Assembly (NCBI GenBank): GCA_950097015.1
Contig: CATNEN010000003.1
Coordinates: 15,190,001-15,254,000, forward strand
DNA: 64,000 bases
From: Macrostomum hystrix
Taxonomy: Eukaryota > Animalia > Platyhelminthes
Direction: 5' to 3'
Made by a program: the position numbers and the translations under genes. Shown piece after piece: positions 35,801-47,192 of the stretch. Position 1 is the stretch's first letter. Each line of letters begins with the position of its first letter. The notes under the pieces were generated by a model. The model was given only the letters and a program-made list of their open reading frames with translations, was not told where the DNA came from and made no database searches.

Positions 35801-38800
35801 AGCCTTGAACGCATTGTGTGCCAGCTCCACTGGGTTCAGGAATGGTGAGTATGGCGGCAAGGTGCGGAAGCTGATGCGACCTTCAAATTCTAGTGGAATT
35901 TGAAGCCCCTGGTGAAACCGAGCCCCATCCAGCAGAATCACACAATGAATACCTTCTCCCCTCCGTGTCAAAAGCGTGACAGATGCTGTACACGGTTGAG
36001 CGCTTCACCCCAAGCATCCTTGATATGTCCGTCACGAGCTCTCCGCGCTGCCAAGCCTGGATGACAAGATCTCTTTTGTCTCTGGATATCGTTGCATACT
36101 GCCGATGCTCCATGTTAAAATGTTAGATTTTAACAGAGAAGACTCAGTGTTGCTAAACTCTCTCCCTCTGTGATCTCTGTCATATTAACGAGCAGTCAAG
36201 CTGCTTCTACCATAGACAGCTGCCATGAGCTGAGGAATGCCAGTAAGAGAGAAGTTCCAGTCAATCCGTTTGCATGCCGAAATTGATTGCCTGCTGTCGA
36301 ATTTGAAAGCCCGCCTGTGCATTTTCTGGCCATAGACACCAATGGGAGGGGATGGGAGACTGACACATGGACCCTTGCCGAAATTGAAAGCCCGCTGTCC
36401 AAAATTGAACGCAAAAAGCTATAGTATGCTACAGTTATTATAGTATCTGTGGTGAGAACCATATTGAAAACAACGGGGTGGTTTTACGAAATTACAAAAT
36501 GATGTACTGTCGGAAACTATATGTCGGAAAAGAAAAGGAACATACGCAGGAACACAACAAAACAAGCGGTACAAAAATTGTTGATAATGTTATAAGCGTT
36601 CAAATAAAGGGTTGCATGTTGATACACTGAGCAAACTTTCGAGTGCAGTGGAGCTCCCAGCCTGCGATCTTGTGCGGAGTAATGACATGCAGCGATTCTC
36701 TTCCAAGCCGATCCATCAGCATGTATCGCCAATCATCTCGTGTCATGCCTGGTGGGCAAACGTTTTCCTCAGCCACGATTGCGGGCTCTACAAGGCGACG
36801 CTTGATCTCACTCTTAAGAGCGCTGTGCGCCAATTCCACGGGATTCAAAAACGGCGAGTACGCCGGTAAAATTTGCAGACGAATGAGATCCTCAAACTGC
36901 TCAGGTATCTCAATCCCTTGGTGAAAATTTGGACCATCGAAAATTAGAATAACTCGTCTGCCAGGAGCATCGGCCTGTATGATGTTAGCCAGTTCGAAAA
37001 TAAACTGCTGAAATCTCTCTCGTGTCTGACCACCTCACTGCAGCGTACAGTGGACAAGACCCAGGTAAGATGACACTGCTAAACTGATGACACTGGTCAT
37101 GTTGGGACCCCTCTGCGTTACCACAGTTCGTCGCACAGGCTGGCCAACTCTTGCTCGACCCTGCGTCCTTCTCGTCCATAGGTTGTAGCCAGTCTCATCG
37201 ATAAACACAGCCAGGTCATTCATAGGCAGTCCCGTCATCATCATAGCATAGTTGCGCCTCGCTTGTATCACATCCTGGGTATTCGCAGCAAGCATCACGT
37301 CGGCATCCTTGTTGGCGACTTTCAGTGAGATAAGCATGGAGTTCATCGCTCTAGCAATGGTGGATTCAGAGATAGCCGGCTTTTGTGGCAACTCCAAATT
37401 CAGTTTTCTCTGCACATCCGTCAGAGTAACATAGGGATTTTGCTCGACTATCTGCTCAACGGCATTCCGCATTTCAGCATCCTTTTTTGTTGACCCGGCT
37501 TGCGGCCACCACGTTGCAACGCATGGATCTCATCAGTAGCTGCGTAGCGACTCCATATCCGATAGACCGTCTTCTTGTTCAGATTAAGGCCGGGATTTTG
37601 GACGCAGTCGAAATTGAGTAACCATCTTTGACGGCATTGACCAGGTGCTCTCTATCCTCGTTGCTTGTTAAACGCAGTTGATTTGCCATAGCCCAGCCTT
37701 TGTTTTCAATATGGTTCTCACTTTCTTAAATGGTTAAAAACTTTCTCACTTTGCTTGCAAGGCGCGCCCAAAAAGCTGGGCTGCAGCGAGGGGTGGCCAT
37801 AGACAATAGTGTTTTTGCTATTCAGTCTCAGATTGCTTGAAAAAGTCTCACTTAGCATGCAAAAACCAATATTAAATTATCGTTAGAACATTTTAGCCTG
37901 AGTTCTTCGGCTTCAGTTTGACAGTCTTTTGACCATAGACGGCCATTACACTGGTAAAGAAAGAGCCTATAGGAATCAAGCGCGAACCTTCATAACTGTA
38001 TATTAAAGAAAAAAGACGAGATAAAACCAAGGAAAACCACTAGAAGAAGGACGGGGCACTTCGTTTCTTGGAAAATTAATTAAAGGCTGATTTTCACGCA
38101 AAGTGCACTAGCAAGATAGGAACTCTTCACGTTTTTCACATTGAAATGTTTGTTTCTTTTTATTGAATTTTATTGAAGATCCAAAGCTAAGGGTTCTTTT
38201 AATATATCTCGCAAGACTTGATATAAATAATTGATCTTCTTTTTATTTTCTTTTTTTATCATGAAGCATAATAGCCAGTCATGCAATAGCTATCTTGTGA
38301 CTAACCCATTTATTTACTACAGATCTTGACTACAGCTCAAAACGCCTACTTTAAATATATAGCATTTAAAAAATAATAGAAAGATCACCTTTCTACTGGG
38401 ATTTCAATCCTCCCATTTTCACCCGGTATTTTAACGATTGAAATCCGATCTCGTATTTTCTCTCTAGGGCGTTTCCACAGATCATTGTCCGCTACTTTGT
38501 TCTCAACGCCGAAATAGACTTCGCCTTGCAATGGCAACTTGGCCGTCGGCTAATTCTGCGCCGGCTGAAAATCTCGCCGTAGTTCGTGGCTATTTGAGTC
38601 GCTTAGCTGCTCAGGCTCAAGCTGACGGTAGGTCGTTGGTTCGAATTCAGAAGATACAAAATCAGCTGGAGAGTCGTCTGACTGCAAGGTTCTGCGTGGT
38701 GGATCTGTTTGTGGCATCCACTCGGGTCAACACGGCGGTGGAGAACTTGGCCTACCCCATGCGAAACCTCTTCTCGGACCTGGGTGGCAGCCTTGGTGAG

Positions 38801-39147
38801 TGCTCGGTGGACAGACACTCAGGATATACAATCAGGACAGACAGTCAGGACAGACAGTCAGGACAGACAACCAGGACAGACAGACACTCAGGACAGACAC
38901 TCAGGACAGACAGACACTCAGGACAGACAGACACTCAGGACAGACAGACACTCAGGACAGACAGACACTCAGGACAGACAGACACTCAGGACAGGCACTC
39001 AGGACAGACACTCAGGACAGAGACTCAGGACAATCAGACACTCAGGACAGACAGACACTCAGGACAGGCACTCAGGACAGACACTCAGGACAGAGACTCA
39101 GGACAATCAGACACTCAGGACAGACAGACACTCAGACAGAGACAGAC

Positions 39148-39192
<45 letters not shown>

Positions 39193-40799
39193 GACAGACA
39201 GAGACAGACAGGACAGACACTCAGGACAGACACTCAGGACAGACACTCAGGACAGACACTCAGGACAGACAGACACTCAGGACGGACACTAAGGACAGAC
39301 ACTCAGGACAGACAGACAATCAGGACAGACACTCAGGACAGTCACTTAGGACAGAGACTCAGGACAATCAGACACTCAGGACAGACAGACACTCAGGGCA
39401 GACAGACACTCAGGACAGACACTTCGGACAGACACTCAGGACAGACACTCAGGACAGAGACTCAGGACAATCAGACACTCAGGATGGACAGACACTCAGG
39501 ACAGACACTAAGGACAGACACTCAGGACAGACAGACAATCAGGACAGACACTCAGGACAGTCACTTAGGACAGACACTCAGGACAATCAGAAACTCAGGA
39601 CGGACAGACACTCAGGACAGACACTCAGGACGGACACTCAGGACAGACACTCAGGACGGACACTCAGGACAATCAGAAACTCAGGACAGAGACTCAGGAC
39701 AGACACTCAGGACAATCAGACACTCAGGACGGACAGACAGACACTCAGGACAGACACTCAGGACAGACAGACAGACACTCAGGACAGACACTCAGGACAG
39801 ACACTCAGGACAATCAGACACTCAGGACGGACAGACACTCAGGACAGACACTCAGGACAGACACTCAGGACATACAGACAATCAGGACAGACACTCAGGA
39901 CAGACACTCAGGACAGACACTCAGGACAGACAGACAGACACTCAGGACAGACACTCAGGACAGACACTCAGGACAGAGACTCAGGACAATCAGACACTCA
40001 GGATGGACAGACACTCAGGACAGACACTCAGGACAGACACTCAGGACAGACAGACAATCAGGACAGACACTCAGGACAGTCACTTAGGACAGACACTCAG
40101 GACAATCAGAAACTCAGGACGGACAGACACTCAGGACAGACACTCAGGACAGACACTCAGAACAGACACTCAGGACAGACACTCAGGACGGACACTCAGG
40201 ACAATCAGAAACTCAGGACAGAGACTCAGGACAGACACTCAGGATAATCAGACACTCAGGACGGACAGACAGACACTCAGGACAGACACTCAGGACAGAC
40301 AGACAGACACTCAGGACAGACACTCAGGACAGACACTCAGGACAATCAGACACTCAGGACGGACACTCAGGACAGACAGACAGACACTCAGGACAGACAC
40401 TAAGGACAGACACTCAGGACAGACACTCAGGACAGACAGACAGACACTCAGGACAGACACTAAGGACAGACACTCAGGACAGACAGACAGACACTCAGGA
40501 CAGACACTCAGGACAGACAGACAGACAATCAGGACGTTACTATTGATTGGACCAAAATACTAAACATACCAGGCCTGTGGATCGGTGTTTCAATCATCAC
40601 TCTGATGGAGGTTGGCGAGCTATTCGTGACTTTGGCTCACCTGGGGATCTGCCAGCTCCTTCAAGACCGATCCGATGCGGATAAAAAGCTAAAGAACAAT
40701 GATCACCTGGCTTTGGAGGTACCGTCGACTGCTTCAACAGGCGCGGGAGACATCGGCACCAATCGGCCATCTTGGCTTCATCGATTGTTTGGCATCTGA
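29886..40799 (+). CDS. DEG/ENaC/ASIC-family sodium channel subunit, paralog 2 (7 coding exons)
   Basis: Exons 29886-30261, 31140-31392, 32061-32221, 32611-32933, 33469-33648, 38468-38795, 40573-40799. TTAHG, FPDVTVC, GFRVALHEP, FSDLGGSLGLWIGVSIITLME; colinear with paralog 1. Confidence 0.92.
30325..30740. repeat. Intronic minisatellite, 54-bp unit built from three GAAGATTCTA subunits
   Basis: About 7 near-perfect copies in intron 1 of paralog 2. Confidence 0.95.
31465..32015. repeat. Intronic minisatellite, ~61-bp unit containing TGACGTCA (~9 copies)
   Basis: Tandem repeat in intron 2 of paralog 2. Confidence 0.95.
32918..33125. repeat. 40-41-bp tandem repeat spanning an exon/intron junction (5 copies)
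   Basis: Unit CAGCTGCCTGAGGAG|GYGGGGTTGGGCGGAGATAAAGACAC; the first copy is the real end of exon 4. Confidence 0.9.
34019..35115 (-). mobile_element. Non-autonomous P-type element with THAP-domain remnant
   Basis: ~110-bp TIRs starting CAGGGAC; 8-bp TSD GTTTTTGC at 34011-34018 and 35116-35123. Spliced ORF from 34917: MPRKCSAFPC...FAFPRD.../...GVCVKH* (C2CH THAP pattern with a premature stop). Confidence 0.85.
35260..36451 (-). mobile_element. Composite element: CACAG termini and 8-bp TSD wrapped around an internally deleted IS630/Tc1-like element (~35284-36423)
   Basis: TSD GTGAGAAC at 35252-35259 and 36452-36459; inverted repeats of ~175 bp. Deleted transposase at 36113-35590: N-terminal HTH joined to LLDGARFH...LPPYSPFLNPVE. 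Confidence 0.85.
38808..40534. repeat. Intronic satellite based on GGACAGACACTCA / GACA units
   Basis: Fills nearly all of intron 38796-40572 of paralog 2. Confidence 0.97.
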
Positions 40800-40919
40800 A
40801 CTAACAAATAAGCGATGCAAAAATTGCACAGAAGTTGACTACGCAATCCGAAAGGAAGACGATTTGACAAAGCACGACATTTCAATTCCAGTTTCCACAT
40901 TTTACAGTAAAACACCACG

Positions 40920-41330
40920 CTTTTTCCACATGGGGACCACGGGGTATTTCAAATAGCCACTGCCTACTTGACGATGACTCCCAAACTGAATGACCGATTT
41001 TCGTGTGAAAGTCCACCATATGGATTAACATTTTCCGCCCTTTACGATGAACTCACTTTCAAAGCCGTCCGAGGCCAGCATCGTCGAGATATCCAGCGAT
41101 TCTTGAAGACCCTGGTGATAAAGACGAATAACATTGCCCTGTTCAAATTTCTACTTGCAGAAAATTTGTTGCTTTTTGCCACCGGACACCTCGACAAGCA
41201 TCGTTGAATATCTAGACGATGCCGATGTTTTGTGATTGTGGAAGTTGTTTTATCTGATAGAAAAGTTTAGGTTGAATATGGCTGAATGTGTTTGGACATT
41301 GAAAATGGAAAAATGTTGGTTTCTTCTGCT
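40920..41330. mobile_element. Dispersed repeat family A copy (uninterrupted)
   Basis: Aligns by eye with 297-779 and with the LINE-interrupted copy at 15470-16480. Confidence 0.75.
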
Positions 41331-42755
41331 AATTATTGAATCTTTTTAAACGAGATTTTACTCGCTCCTTTTTTTATTTTAATCCTTTTATTTACACCAC
41401 TTAAATGTCTATCCATGTTTAAGACTAATCTACTAAAGTATCCCCTAAATGGGAAAAAAAATTTACTTTGCAATAAAAATGAAGGCACAAAAGTACTTTA
41501 GAATAAAATGTACTTTTAAACAGTTAAAACTGCATCGCATTCACAATGCCTCTTTTCCAGCTAGGCGAATCAATAAAAAGGCTGCTTGTCTAGTGTGAGT
41601 TTACTCCATTCATCGAGTCGATAATTCTGACAACTCTAGCAGAGGGTTTGGCGTGTCAGACTGAAGGAGACAGATATGGGAAAGATAGTGGGGGGAGGTT
41701 GGTATTGGGAGAAATTTGTGTACTCACTCTGGGATCGTAACCCCAATGGTGTCACCTATTCGGCTCATGCTAAATGTTATATAGAAACTTATCTGGCTCT
41801 AGTGACACGATGGGAGACATTTGGACCGGGTCGAAAGTAATCCCATGTGAAGCTTTGGGGTATTAATGGATTAATATTGGGATTAATCTTTTGTGATACA
41901 CTATAATCGTACTTACTCGTTTGGTTGAGTATTGTTTTCCAATTGTTTTGCCGGGATAAGAGCTATTGCGCGGCGCATCTGAAGGCTGCGTACAGCTGTT
42001 CAGTCCACGGACTGGGGGGACGCCACACCCGCCCTCAGCTAATTCTTTTGTGTACCCTGCCTACTCAAAGTCCGTATTACAAAAGCCCTTGAGAAATCTT
42101 GTGTATTTGTCTGCTCGCACCTAGCAACGTATTGTTGCACTTTAGTAATTAAAATGAGTCGGTAAAAAAGCAGTTTTTTGTGAGCATTCTTCTCAAGAAA
42201 ATTCTCTGATTGCATTACAGAAGCACTCCATCATTGTATCGGAGAAAGGGGAGCGTTCTACATTCTATACAAGCCATTTCATACATTGATAGGCTTGAAG
42301 ACAACAATATCTTGACTGCTAGCACACTATTAGTTATTGGAGGGCCTAGGAGAGAATTAAGAAGAGAATAGGGATCTTGGGATGGCGATTATCGGGTTGA
42401 GAATCGTCTCAAAGCCCCCCAGCCGAGGGTTGGCTTCAGGCCAATAGGGGCGTAGCGAGAGAGAGAGAGGATGTCACATGTGCCTTGTGCTGATGAATAA
42501 TGAATATTTCAGGCTTCTCGGCAGAACCTTAATTCCCTGAGAGTCTGCCATCCGCTTACTCAGTGTTCTTAGTCTTCTTCTTTTTTTGTCTTCTTTAAAA
42601 TCGAAAATTGTCATTTTCGGTCGACACACTCGCTGAAGGATAAAATAGTTATTTTTTTATGAAGCTGAGACTAGCTACGAGCATAGTAACCAGTAAGACC
42701 AACATGATGAAGATTCTGTTATAGAGGAAGACTAGGACTGAACGACTTCAACGAG

Positions 42756-43421
42756 ATGTCAATCATTTTGGAGCCATCGCCAAACGCAGGCCGGAGCGCA
42801 GGACGTTCAGCGACGACTATAGAGCAGCAGCAGCAGCAGCAGCTACCACCGCAACGGTATCGCCAAAACCAGCTGCATCGGAGTCATCGAAGCGGTCTGG
42901 ATCGTTTCCCAGCCGGGGATCAGATGCGGGACCGGGCCAAACTGGTAGCCTGCGCTGCCATTCTCCTGTTGCACGGCGGCGCCCTCACCGCACTGGATGT
43001 CATCATGCTCCGCAGGCGCTGCTCCGGCCTCCTAGGAGCCGCTTTTGCTGTACTAGCTGCGACATTGGCGACCCTGTTGTCGAGCCTGCTGCTAGCGCTG
43101 CAGCCGCCGCATTATCATCATCGGGAGGAGTCGGCTGTTGCCGAAGAGGACGGAGGCGGCACTGGCGGCGGAGGAGGCGGCGGCGGCAGCAGCGGCGGCG
43201 GATTCAGCAGGCGAGGCGTCCTCTGCGTTGGCGCCATGTGGACAGCCAGCCTAGCAGCCGACGTCTGCTGGTTGTGTCTGACCTTGGCCAAGTTGGGCGC
43301 CGAGTGCCTGGGCACCGCGATGATCGGCGCCACCGCTGTTGGCCTAGTCGCTTGTCCGGCCAGCCTCGTGGCGTTCGTCATCCTGTTCGGCTGGTTCAAC
43401 AGCAAAACTGGCGATGGATGA
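42756..43421 (+). CDS. Intronless 221-aa protein with four hydrophobic segments, polyQ N-terminus and poly-Gly loop
   Basis: GC-rich ORF in AT-rich context. Four 20-25 aa hydrophobic stretches, with Cys in both short putative outer loops (RRCS, AECL). Family not recognised. Confidence 0.7.
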   Translation: MSIILEPSPNAGRSAGRSATTIEQQQQQQLPPQRYRQNQLHRSHRSGLDRFPAGDQMRDRAKLVACAAILLLHGGALTALDVIMLRRRCSGLLGAAFAVLAATLATLLSSLLLALQPPHYHHREESAVAEEDGGGTGGGGGGGGSSGGGFSRRGVLCVGAMWTASLAADVCWLCLTLAKLGAECLGTAMIGATAVGLVACPASLVAFVILFGWFNSKTGDG

Positions 43422-43504
43422 TGCTCGATTCGGGTCTGGTAGGGTTCATTGTGAGGATCACTGGAAGGGATCTAGAAGACTATGAAACGCAGGATGAGGT
43501 CACA

Positions 43505-43712
43505 GAAGGTTCAAAGTACAGAAGGTTCAGGACACAAAAAGGTTCAGGGCATAGAAGGTTTAAGACACGAAAAAAAGGTTCAGGGTACAAATGGTTCAGG
43601 AATATAAAAGGTTCAGGCTAGGAGACAAAAGGTTCAGGGTACAAATGGTTCAGGAATATAAAAGGTTCAGGCTAGGAGACAAAAGGTTCAGGACACGAAA
43701 GGTTTAGGACAC
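43505..43712. repeat. Imperfect ~20-bp repeat AAGGTTCAGG
   Basis: About 10 degenerate copies downstream of the 4-TM ORF. Confidence 0.8.
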
Positions 43713-44929
43713 GTGGAGTTGTGTTAATATGAACATATGTAAATTATATAATAATAGTCGGTAGTGGTTAGATCAATAGTGTTTCTCATACTTCTTTCAA
43801 ACCATGCAATGTTTTACTCTCTAAGCCAGTTAATCAACTGAGTTGTTCTAAAAGGCAAACACGGCCCCCATTCCATGCTCTTATGGCTCAAATTTAAATT
43901 TTTAATTTAACAAATATTGAACATAGCAACGAAAGGAAATGTAAAGCTATAGTTTCCCTTCTCGATGTCAGTCTCCTCAATGCGAAAGCAAAACTGTAAA
44001 ATTTGAATTCTCTGACACTCAACATAGGCTTCCTGACGACGAAAAAGGCATTCTCATTATTTGTGCTCGATCAGAGCAAGCGAGTGTCGAGTAGCAGTCT
44101 ATTGTCCATACATCGGTAAAAAACATAATTAATAGTTTTGGCACACTAACCCTGTGCCTGCAGTATATAATTGTGTAAAAACGCGGATAGAATAACTCGT
44201 ATCTTCGAAGGCACTCTAATTTGGGAAAGCATACAGAGCACAATTGTGCAGTATTTTTATGCTGACATTTATATTATTATTTTATATATCATTTGCTTCT
44301 GCTCAATATCCGTTCAAAATTTACTCACCCGTGCTATATGATGCGTGCAATTGTCATTAGTCAATTTAGATTTATTATAATGCAACTCAAATTAAAAATA
44401 TTTAATTGCGTATTTTTACCATGCGAGTAAAATCAATGAATCGTTAATAAATAGCTTTTTTAACAACAAAAAACGAAACAAATAAAAATGCACACTTTGA
44501 CAAATGATATTTTTGTACGGCTCTGCTTATCAACAGTCAAAACTCAATAGTTAATGTACGCTGGTATAAGGTATCATATTGTCAATAGCTTAGTCGTAAT
44601 TATCATTTCGCTATCCATTATAGTCACGTTGTCATTTCATACTTATAACTTAAGATGTATCTTGCAATAATTCGGCAGTTAAATAATCGCATTCGTATAT
44701 TATTTTTTAAAGGATAAAAACACCCATACCACGCTAAAGAAAGAATATTTATTTATTACAAAAATGCACTGTTCTATAGAGTGCACTTATACATATAAAT
44801 AAATCAACATATGTGTTGATTACCATATTAACTAACATATATGTGACATTTGTTTCATGGGACTTTTTTTCTTGCAGAGAAAAGTTTTTTACACATAAAT
44901 CCCAGGTAACAATACTGTAACATCAGTCC

Positions 44930-45275
44930 CAATCCTGTTAGACAGGAGTGAATCCTGTTAGACAGGAGTGAATCCTGTTAGACAGGAGTGAATCCTGTTA
45001 GACAGAAATGAATCCTGTTAGACGAGAGTGAATTCAGTTAGACAGAAGTGAATCCCGTTAGACAGGAGTGAATCCTGTTAGACAGAAGTGAATCCCGTTA
45101 GACAAGAGTGCATGAATCCCGTTAGACAGCAGTGAATCCTGTTAGACAGGAGTGAATCCTGTTAGACAGTAGTGAATCCTGTTAGACAGGAGTAAATCCT
45201 GTTAGACAGGAGTGAATCCCGTTAGACAGGAGTTAATCCTGTTAGACAGGAGTTAATCCTGTTAGACAGGAGAGA
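44930..45275. repeat. 20-bp minisatellite GAATCCTGTTAGACAGGAGT, array 1
   Basis: ~17 copies; unit contains the hairpin CCTGT-TAG-ACAGG. Confidence 0.95.
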
Positions 45276-45744
45276 ATAGAGGCTTGAAAATGAAATTTAT
45301 TTAATTAAATAAAATAATTTTTTGTTTCGTTAAATTTTAGCTACAACTTTAAATACAACTTTTTAAAGATGAAGTGCACTTTCATCTTCGCATTGCCTTT
45401 CGCATTGCACTTTAAGAAATCAGACTAATATTTCAGAAACAAGGGCATTGTCGAAATGAAATATTTATAAGTAATACATGGTCAAAATCTTTGAAAAAGG
45501 TAGTAAATAATTAATTACGTCCGTCTGGGCAACTGGGTCATTTTGGCAGTAAAATTCAAGTCCATTTAAGCATTACGAGTACAAGTACAAGCGACAGTGA
45601 AAACTATCTGAAATTTATGAGCAGCTCGTTTTAACAAGTTAATTTACTAAATGCCAGCTTAACTTGATCAATGATATCTTGTGTGTTCTTGTGCAATCTA
45701 TTTGTTAAAATCGAGACAAATTACGAGTGCGAGGTTTGTAAACT

Positions 45745-46152
45745 AACTGTTAAACAGTAGTGAATCCTGTTAGACAGTAGTGAATCCTGTTAGACAGTAG
45801 TGAATCCTGTTAGACAGTAGTGAATCCTGTTAGACAGTAGTGAATCCTGTTAGACAGTAGTGAATCCTGTTAGACAGTAGTGAATCCTGTTAGACAGTAG
45901 TGAATCCTGTTAGACAGTAGTGAATCCTGTTAGACAGTAGTGAATCCTGTTAGACAGGACAGCATCCTGTTAGACGGGACAGCATCCTGTTAGACAGTAC
46001 TGAATCCTGTTAGACAGTAACGAATCCTGTTAGACAGTACTGATTCCTGTTAAACAGGACTGCATCTTGTTAGACAGTACTGCATCCTGTTTGATAGTAC
46101 TGAATCCTGTTAGACAGGACAGCATCCTGTTAGACAGGACTGCATCTTGTTA
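45745..46152. repeat. 20-bp minisatellite, array 2 (same unit family)
   Basis: ~20 copies of GAATCCTGTTAGACAGTAGT. Confidence 0.95.
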
Positions 46153-46559
46153 GGGATGTAATGAAATGACTTGAGTGGTTATAAGACACTGAGATTCCTT
46201 TAAACTGTTACATATAAAAACGTTTAACAATACGGTTCATAGTATTAGCCAGAACTAGTGAATTATGTATTGTGTATTTAATCCTACAACAAATTTTACA
46301 TGAAACACTGTATCATGCTAAAAGACAAGCGAACAGCAATAAGCTTGATGCTTTGTGTGAGGTTACACTTGTTGAAATAAAAAAAATTAAAAAAATTATC
46401 TTAAAACGCGAAAATAAAAGAGCAAGCGAATAAAAGTACAAACAAGAGAGTTAAAACAAGCAAAAATTAGCTGTATCCATTTATCGTATGATAACTCGGC
46501 CATGTTTTTATGGGTCATACAAGTCATGAGTCATCACACTTACTGAAGTAAGTCATAAG

Positions 46560-47050
46560 TTAACGACTTACTGAGTTGAGTCATGCGTCATCAAACCTAC
46601 TGAGATGAGTCATGGGTCATCGAACCTACTGAGATGAGTCATGGGTCATCGAACCTACTGAGATGAGTCATGGGTCATCGAACCTACTGAGATGAGTCAT
46701 GGGTCATCAAACCTACTGAGATGAGTCATGGGTCATCAAACCTACTGAAATGAGTCATGGGTCATCGAACCTACTGAGATGAGTCATGCGTCATCAAACC
46801 TACTGAGATGAGTCATGCGTCATCGAACCTACTGAGATGAGTCATGGGTCATCAAACCTATTGAGATGAGTCATGAGTCATCGAACCTACTGAGATGAGT
46901 CATGGGTCATCAAACCTATTGAGATGAGTCATGAGTCATCGAACCTACTGAGATGAGTCATGAGTCATCGAACCTACTGAGTTGAGTCATGAGTCATCGA
47001 ACCTAATGAGATGGGTCATGAGTCATGAGTCATCAACTGAAACGAGTCAT
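46560..47050. repeat. 29-bp minisatellite TGAGATGAGTCATGGGTCATCGAACCTAC
   Basis: ~16 tandem copies, most carrying ATGAGTCAT. Confidence 0.95.
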
Positions 47051-47192
47051 CGCCTGTACGTAAAATGAGCCATGAGTCATGATGCACAGCTAGACTCGTG
47101 GAAGCTCAATAGAAGCTCTAATTGTAATTTTGTAATTAAAAGACTATAAACAGAAGAACTACCAACGAGGGATTTCCCCATGACAATTTTTT

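Larger units (their letters stand above)
34005..37872 (-). mobile_element. IS630/Tc1-like DNA transposon with ~170-bp TIRs and decayed DD33E transposase (37689-36600)
   Basis: TIRs ATATTGGTTTTTGCATGC...GCATGCAAAAACCAATAT flanked by TA. Transposase motifs FIDETG, LIFDGPNFH, LPAYSPFLNPVE; frameshifts and an in-frame stop at ~37035. The left TIR is interrupted twice. Confidence 0.9.

Noticed and set aside
38709-40563. 512-aa and 587-aa ORFs of TDRHSGQ repeats
   Set aside because: They are stop-free readings of an intronic satellite; the channel frame splices from 38795 to 40573.
44916-46212. Solo LTR suggested by TGTAACA...TGTTACA ends
   Set aside because: No target-site duplication or second copy was seen; a 7-bp match can be chance.
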